From Cyanophora paradoxa CCMP329 (taxonomy: Eukaryota > Plantae > Glaucophyta): a stretch of 64,000 nucleotides of DNA. A program made the position numbers and the translations under genes. The DNA lies in the NCBI GenBank assembly GCA_004431415.1, contig QPMI01000044.1:248001-312000 (forward strand), given 5' to 3'. The notes under the pieces are model-generated. The model made no database searches, was not told where the DNA came from, and was given only the letters and a program-made list of their open reading frames with translations. Numbering within the stretch: the first letter of the stretch is position 1; each line of letters begins with the position of its first letter. Below, piece after piece: positions 57,101 to 64,000 of this stretch.

Positions 57101-59833
57101 GCGCGGCGGACCGGGCCCGCGTCAGAGCGCAAGCCTGCGCGGGCGGGCGGCGGGCCGGGCGCCGGGCGTCCGCGGGCGCACCGCATGTCGAAGCGGGGCT
57201 TGGTGCTCCAAGCGCCCTTGAGCTCCAGGAGCCCGCTGGGCGCGTTCTTGCGGAAGTGGATCAGGTAGCTCGCCTGCGCCGCCCCGCCGGCCGGGCGCAA
57301 GTGAGCCGGGGCCGCGAACGCGCGGGCTTTGGCCCCGGCGGCGCGCGCACGTAGCAGATGCGGACGTAGGACGAGTCGGGGAACTGGGCCATGCCGCGCT
57401 TGTAGATCGCCTGCGGGGCGCGCGGGGGAGCGCGCGGTCGGCGCGGGGCGGGTGGGCGGGGCGGGGCGGGGCGGGGCGGGGTACGCGGCACCTCGGCGCG
57501 CTCGAGGGCCTCGGGGGAGCGGTCGCGGCGGAGGAAGCGGGTGGCGACCTCGACCTCGCCCTCGGAGAGGAACTTGCTCTCGGAGAAGTAGCCGCGCAGG
57601 AAGAGGCGCCGCCAGCTGAAGTCCTCGTCGTTGAGGTCGTCGCTCTCCGAGAGCGCCGCCTTCGTGACGCGCCGCGCGAAGCTCCCGCCGGCGTTCAGGG
57701 CCCCCGTCGCCTCGAAGCCGGCCCCGTCGGCGCCCGCCTCGCCCGCGGCCGCCCTCTCCTCGCCCGCCTCGTCCACAGTGGCGAGCCGCGCGGGGCCCGG
57801 CGCCTCGACGTTGATGTGCCGCCGCAGCACCTTCCGCACGTATATCACTGCGCGCGGGGCCCCGCGAGGCGGCGCGGTCAGCGCGAGAAGGGGGCCGGGA
57901 GGGCGGCCCCCGCGGGGGGCGGGGCGGGGCGGGGCGGGCGCACGGGAGATGTAGTAGCCGGCGGGGAGGGCGGCGATGGAGAGGAGCAGGCAGGCGACGG
58001 AGGCGACGAGCTTGGCGCCGGCGTCCAGGAAGGAGAGGAAGCAGGAGCAGAGCGCGAAGACCGCCGCGCTCGTCATCAGCGCGCAGCGGAACGCGTTGAT
58101 CCGCGGCCGGTAGAACGGCTGCACCACGATGAGGAAGGCTGCGCGCGCGCCGGCGCCGGCGTCAGCTCGCGATCGGGCCGGCAGGCTCCGGATCCCTCGC
58201 GCGCGGCGGCGGCGGACCGGCGGCGAGGAGCATGAGGACGAAGATGGTGAAGTTGATGGCCGCCACCTGGCTCGCCGGGACGAGCGCCGTGATCAGGACC
58301 TGCCGGGCGCCGCCGGCGCGCATCAGCTTCGAGTTGCGGCCGGGCGGGGCGGGGCGGGGCGGGGCGCGCCATGGCGGTACGGATGAGGAGGTAGAGGAAG
58401 TCGAAGCGGCCGTGCGGGCGCGACTCGATGTCCCGCGACAGCGGCTTCCGGTCTGCCGCGCGCGCGCCCGCGGACCGGGCCCGGTCAAAGCGGGCGGAGC
58501 GAGGGCAGGCGGCTCAAGGGAGCTGGAGGGCCGACCGTGGTAAACGAGGGCCATGAGGCAGGCGTAGGGCACGAAGAGCAGGAGCGCGATGATGCTCACC
58601 CCGAGGTAGATCACTGCGGGCCGGGGCCGCGTGAGGGGCCGCGGCGCGCGGGGGCGGGGACCGGGCGGGGAGGGGCGCGGACGGTGCGGGGCGCTCCAGC
58701 AGACGAGGAGGTTCTCCTCGCTCCCCTTCTCGCCGCACCGCACGCCCCACATGAAGAAGCTGCGCGACCGGCGCGTCAGGCCCCGCCCGGCGGCCGAGGG
58801 GCGGGCCCCGGCCCCGGGCCCGCTCACTTGATGATCGTAATGTAGAAGGCCTGGGCGGGGGGCCGGGTCAGAGGGGCGGCGCGCGAGGGGCGCGGGCCGG
58901 GGCGCAGCGGCCCGCGAACCGTGAGCATGATCTTGACGACGACCCGCAGGATCTTGACGGGCAGCATCATGAAGCGCTGCGTCCTGAAGTTGTACCACAC
59001 TGGGGTGCGCGCGTCCGCGGCCGGCGGGTCACGAGACCAAGAAAGCGAGGCGCGCGGCTCGGCAGAAGGGGCGCACCGAGGACGCTCAGGCTGATGGCGA
59101 TGAAGACACAGCTCGCGGAGAGCCAGAAGAAGAACTCAAGAATGCCCGAATGTGTGTTCATGAAGGACGTGTAGATGTTCGTGATGGCCTGGAGCCAGCC
59201 GACAACGTCCTGTGGCGCGATGATGCAGTCAGGGCGGGCCCGTTAAATGCCCAGCGGGCCGGAGAGGCCGAACCGAGGACCACGTGTCGCCGGTCGTCAT
59301 GCTCAGGCCGAGCAGCTGGAGGAAATCGATGAACTGCGAGCGGCGGACGATCATGAGCTCCCGGTCCCGCAGAAAACGAGCAGCTCGCGCCGGCGAGTCG
59401 CCAACATCGACGCCTGTATACGTATATACGTACCTGCAGCAGGAAGACGCTGATGAAGTTCTTGAACATCGATTTCCGCTTGGCGGCCCGCTCGCAGAGA
59501 GTGTACAGGACGCCGAAGAACGCGTCCTCCAGCCTGAAGGGACGTCGGGAACGCTAAAGGGACCGCGAGGGACGCGCGAGGGACGGCGCACTTTCGCTCC
59601 TTGAGGTCCTCGCTCTCCATCAACACCGCCGACTCGTTCCCCGCGCTGACCACGCTTGGTTCATACCCTGCTTCACTCCCGGCTGCCGCGCTCGCCCTCC
59701 GGCCGACGGCGGCCCCAGGGACCTCGCTGGACGCGCTCAGTGCATCACCGCCGACTGGGGCGGGCGGGTCCCCGCTGAAGGTCCGCCCGTGGCCCTTCAA
59801 CGAAGACCGCCTGGTGCCGGCGCCGGCGCTCAT
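51158..59833 (-). CDS. TmcB/TmcC (tiny macrocysts)-like multi-pass membrane protein with TPR-like region, copy A (complete)
   Basis: N-terminal TM block (HGRFDFLY, QPFYRPRIN), FPDSSYVRICYASYL, YENLVKKYPNSKVLLRAYG.YLEDV, and C-terminal FKPMVRGLMDEANRTSQMLMMIP. Confidence 0.75.
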
Positions 59834-62800
59834 CGTTCCGCCTCCGGTTTAGCGCCGCGGCCGCGGCTGCTTCGAAGCGACCGACGTCGCAGTTCAGCGC
59901 GCAAGCTTAAGGCCGCCAAACTGCGATCGGCACGCGGCCGCTTGGTTCGAGCGCGCGTATAAGTATGCGCTTCGCTTCGCGTACGCACTCTGCTCACGTA
60001 GCCGCCAGTCCAAGTATTCGCGTCGGCGAGAAGACCGCTGCTGTAGGATGCAGCCCGCGCTCTTCGAAACGCTCGCGCCGCACGTCGACGTCGGGTCGCT
60101 GCAGCGATGTCGGAGCCGCAGCGATCGATCGATGACAGCTCGCTTCTGCTGCTGTCAGGGAGCTGCGCATGCGCGCTCTGGTCCGAGGCGAATTTGATGC
60201 CCGCGCAGACGCGCTCAAGCTCCGATCCAGTCGACGTCGCGCGTCCTCTTGCTTTCGACAACAACTGCACGAGAAATTAAAGCCAGTGCCAAGCTGGCGC
60301 GCGCCGTTTTTCGAATTCGCGATCGATCGCGATCGATCGAACTCGAGCTATAGCGCTCGATCGCGAGGCGGCGCCGGCGCAGATCTTGAGGGAATTAACA
60401 TGGCGAGGGGAGCTTGCGGAGATCTTGCGTTCAATGTCTGTTACCGTCGGAGGGGTCTTGCGGAGATCTCGCTTTCCATGGTTCTAAATTGCCTCCAAGA
60501 TTGTGTCAACGTCATTCCATCCCACGCTATCATGACGCCGTCACGCCGCGATCTTTCTCGTCCATTCAGGAGCGCGTGGCGTACCACGTACCCCCCGCGC
60601 CAGCTTCCTTCGCGATCAAGGGGAATTCTCTTCTTTCTCACGAGCTGATCGCTGGCGCTGATCATCGACCCGACCGCGACGAAGGCTATAGGTACGAGCT
60701 AGGCTAGCTGCCTGCGCGTACGACAGCTAGCTAGCGCTGCAACGATCCGACGCGTCGCGCGAAGCGCAAGCGTCTCCAACAGCAGCGCCTCGATCGAGCG
60801 CGATCATTCCCGCACGAGTACGTGGTCTGGCGGCTAAGAGAGCAGAGTGCGTACGCGAAGCGAAGCGCATACGTATACGCGCGCTCGAACCAAGCGGCCG
60901 CGTGCCGATCGCAGTTTGGCGGCCTTGCGCGCTGTCCTGCGACGTCGGTCGCCCTTGAAGCAGCCGAGGCCGCGGCGCTGAAGCGGAGGAGGAACGATGA
61001 GCGCCAAGCGGTCTTCGTTGAAGGGCCGCGGGCGGACCTTCAGCGGGGACCCGCCCGCCCCAGTCGGCGGTGACGCGCTGAGCGCGTCCAGCGAGGTCCC
61101 TGGGGCCGCCGTCGGCCGGAGGGCGAGCGCGGCAGCCGGGAGTGAAGCAGGGTATGAACCAAGCGTGGTCAGCGCGGGGAACGAGTCGGCGGTGTTGATG
61201 GAGAGCGAGGACCTCAAGGAGCGAAAGTGCGCCGTCCCTCGCGCGTCCCTCGCGGTCCCTTTAGCGTTCCCGACGTCCCTTTAGGCTGGAGGACGCGTTC
61301 TTCGGCGTCCTGTACACTCTCTGCGAGCGGGCCGCCAAGCGGAAATCGATGTTCAAGAACTTCATCAGCGTCTTCCTGCTGCAGGTACGTATATACAGGC
61401 ATCGACGTTGGCGGCTCGCCGGCGCGAGCTGCTCGTTTTCTGCGGGACCGGGAGCTCATGATCGTCCGCCGCTCGCAGTTCATCGATTTCCTCCAGCTGC
61501 TCGGCCTGAGCATGACGACCGGCGACACGTGGTCCTCGGTTCGGCCTCTCCGGCCCGCTGGGTATTCAACGGGCCCGCCCTGACCGCACAATCGCACCGC
61601 AGGACGTTGTCGGCTGGCTCCAGGCCATCACGAACATCTACACGTCCTTCATGAACACACATTCGGGCATTCTCGAGTTCTTCTTCTGGCTCTCCGCGAG
61701 CTGTGTCTTCATTGCCATCAGCCTGAGCGTCCTCGGTGCGCCCCTTCTGCCGATCGCGAGCCGCGCGCTTCGCTTTCGCGATCTCCTGACCCGCGGCCGC
61801 GCGCCCCCAGTGTGGTACAACTTCAGGACGCAGCGCTTCATGATGCTGCCCGTTAAGATCCTGCGGGTCGTCGTCAAGATCATGCTCACGGTCCGCGGGC
61901 CGCGGCGCCCCGGCCCGCGCCCCTCCCGCACCGCCCCTCTGACCCGGCCCCCCGCCCAGGCCTTCTACATCACGATCATCAAGTGAGGGGGCCCGGGCCC
62001 GGGCCGGGGCCCGCCCCTCTGGCATTGTGCGGGGCCTGACGCGCCGGCCGGGCAGCTTCTTCATGTGGGGCGTGCGGTGCGGCGAGAAGGGGAGCGAGGA
62101 GAACCTCCTCGTCTGCTGGAGCGCCCCGCACCGTCCGCGCCCCTCCCCGCCCGGTCCCCGCCCCCGCGCGCCGCGGCCCCTCACGCGGCCCCGGCCCGCA
62201 GTGATCTACCTCGGGGTGAGCATCATCGCGCTCCTGCTCTTCGTGCCCTACGCCTGCCTCATGGCCCTCGTTTACCACGGTCGGCCCTCCAGCTCCCTTG
62301 AGCCGCCTGCCCTCGCTCCGCCCGCTTTGACCGGGCCCGGTCCGCGGGCGCGCGCGCGGCAGACCGGAAGCCGCTGTCGCGGGACATCGAGTCGCGCCCG
62401 CACGGCCGCTTCGACTTCCTCTACCTCCTCATCCGTACCGCCATGGCGCGCCCCGCCCCGCCCCGCCCGGCCCCGCCGGCCCCGCCCGGCCCCGCCCCGC
62501 CCCGCCCCGGCCCCGCCCCCGGCCGCAGCTGATTCGCGCCGGCGGCGCCCGGCAGGTCCTGATCACGGCGCTCGTCCCGGCGAGCCAGGTGGCGGCCATC
62601 AACTTCACCATCTTCGTCCTCATGCTCCTCGCCGCCGGTCCGCCGCCGCCGCGCGCGAGGGATCCGCAGCCCGAGCTGACGCCGGCGCCGGCGCGCGCGC
62701 AGCCTTCCTCATCGTGGTGCAGCCGTTCTACCGGCCGCGGATCAACGCCTTCCGCTGCGCGCTGATGACGAGCGCGGCGGTCTTCGCGCTCTGCTCCTGC

Positions 62801-64000
62801 TTCCTCTCCTTCCTGGACACCGGCGCCAAGCTCGTCGCCTCCGTCGCCTGCCTTCTCCTCTCTATCGCCGCCCTCCCCGCCGGCTACTACATCTCCCGTG
62901 CGCCCGCCCCGCCCCGCCCCGCCCCCCGCGGGGGCCGCCCGCCCGGCCCCCTTCTCGCGCTGACCGCGCCGCCTCGCGGGGCCCCGCGCGCAGTGATGTA
63001 CGTGCGGAAGGTGCTGCGGCGGCACATCAACGTCGAGGCGCCGGGCCCCGCGCGGCTCGCCACTGTGGACGAGGCGGGCGAGGAGAGGGCGGCCGCGGGC
63101 GAGGCGGGCGCCGACGGGGCCGGCTTCGAGGCGACGGGGGCCCTGAACGCCGGCGGGAGCTTCGCGCGGCGCGTCACGAAGGCGGCGCTCTCGGAGAGCG
63201 ACGACCTCAACGACGAGGACTTCAGCTGGCGGCGCCTCTTCCTGCGCGGCTACTTCTCCGAGAGCAAGTTCCTCTCCGAGGGCGAGGTCGAGGTCGCCAC
63301 CCGCTTCCTCCGCCGCGACCGCTCCCCCGAGGCCCTCGAGCGCGCCGAGGTGCCTCGTTCCCCGCCCCGCCCCGCCCCGCCCACCCGCCCCGCGCCGACT
63401 GCGCGCTCGCCCGCGCGCCCCGCAGGCGATCTACAAGCGCGGCATGGCCCAGTTCCCCGACTCGTCCTACGTCCGCATCTGCTACGTGCGCGCGCCCCCC
63501 CCCGGCCGGGGCCCGCGCGTTCGCGGCCCCGGCTCACTTGCGCCCGGCCGGGCGTCGCAGGCGAGCTACCTGATCCACTTCCGCAAGAACGCGCCCAGCG
63601 GGCTCCTGGAGCTCAAGGGCGCTTGGAGCACCAAGCCCCGCTTCGACATGCGGTGCGCCTGCGCACGCCCGGCGCCCGGCCCGCCGCCCGCCCGCGCAGG
63701 CTAGCGCTCTGACGCGGGCCCGGTCCGCCGCGCAGGTTCGCGCTCTCGTCGATCCGGCGGGACTGGGAGCAGATGAATACGGGGGGCGCCATCGGCGAGG
63801 AGCTCAACTTCGTGGGGATGCTCGAGTTCAAGCGCTTCTACGGGGAGGCGCAGAAGCACCACAAGGAGTGCCTGCGGCTGCTGAAGGCCTTCTGGCGGTA
63901 CCTGGCGAAGAAGAGCAACGGGAACCTGGGGACGGGGGTCGTGGAGGACGTCCCCAAGAAGCTCGCCGGCATCTACGCCGAGAAGCGCCTCGCCACCTCC
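56834..64000. repeat. Large inverted duplication (arms ~56834-60020 and ~60813-64000+; ~0.8-kb spacer)
   Basis: Direct reverse-complement similarity across exons, introns and ~180 bp upstream of the ATGs. Confidence 0.93.
60997..64000 (+). CDS. TmcB/TmcC-like protein, copy B (runs off the window)
   Basis: Exons nearly identical to the reverse complement of 56834-59833, with the same intron positions. Confidence 0.78.

Overview
GC-rich, intron-dense eukaryotic (protist/alga-like; host not identifiable from sequence) genomic DNA. The key object is a complete, AT-rich, 11,492-bp endogenous Polinton-like virus (PLV) at 673-12164. It has 404-bp near-perfect terminal inverted repeats (AG...CT ends) and a 5-bp target-site duplication (CCCTC). 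It encodes an A32-like packaging ATPase, a double-jelly-roll-type major capsid protein, a penton, two small orphan proteins, a ~1360-aa divergent protein-primed PolB-SF1 helicase-HNH-like fusion (broken only by single-base frameshifts) and an rve integrase, with no visible maturation protease. Two of its genes share a giant-virus-like upstream motif. After it come a nest of small transposons (two hAT-type MITEs, a tRNA-derived SINE, TA-flanked MITEs) and a secreted Ser-Pro-repeat protein gene with a 5'-truncated L1/Tx1-type LINE in one intron. Next are a divergent CorA/class-3 lipase gene pair whose introns contain re-duplicated exon edges, a foldback element with a nested CACTA-like MITE, an uncharacterised gene, and a recent head-to-head inverted duplication of a TmcB/TmcC-like gene. 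Non-coding DNA is full of short palindromes, and the indels between the two paralogs suggest these are being actively generated.
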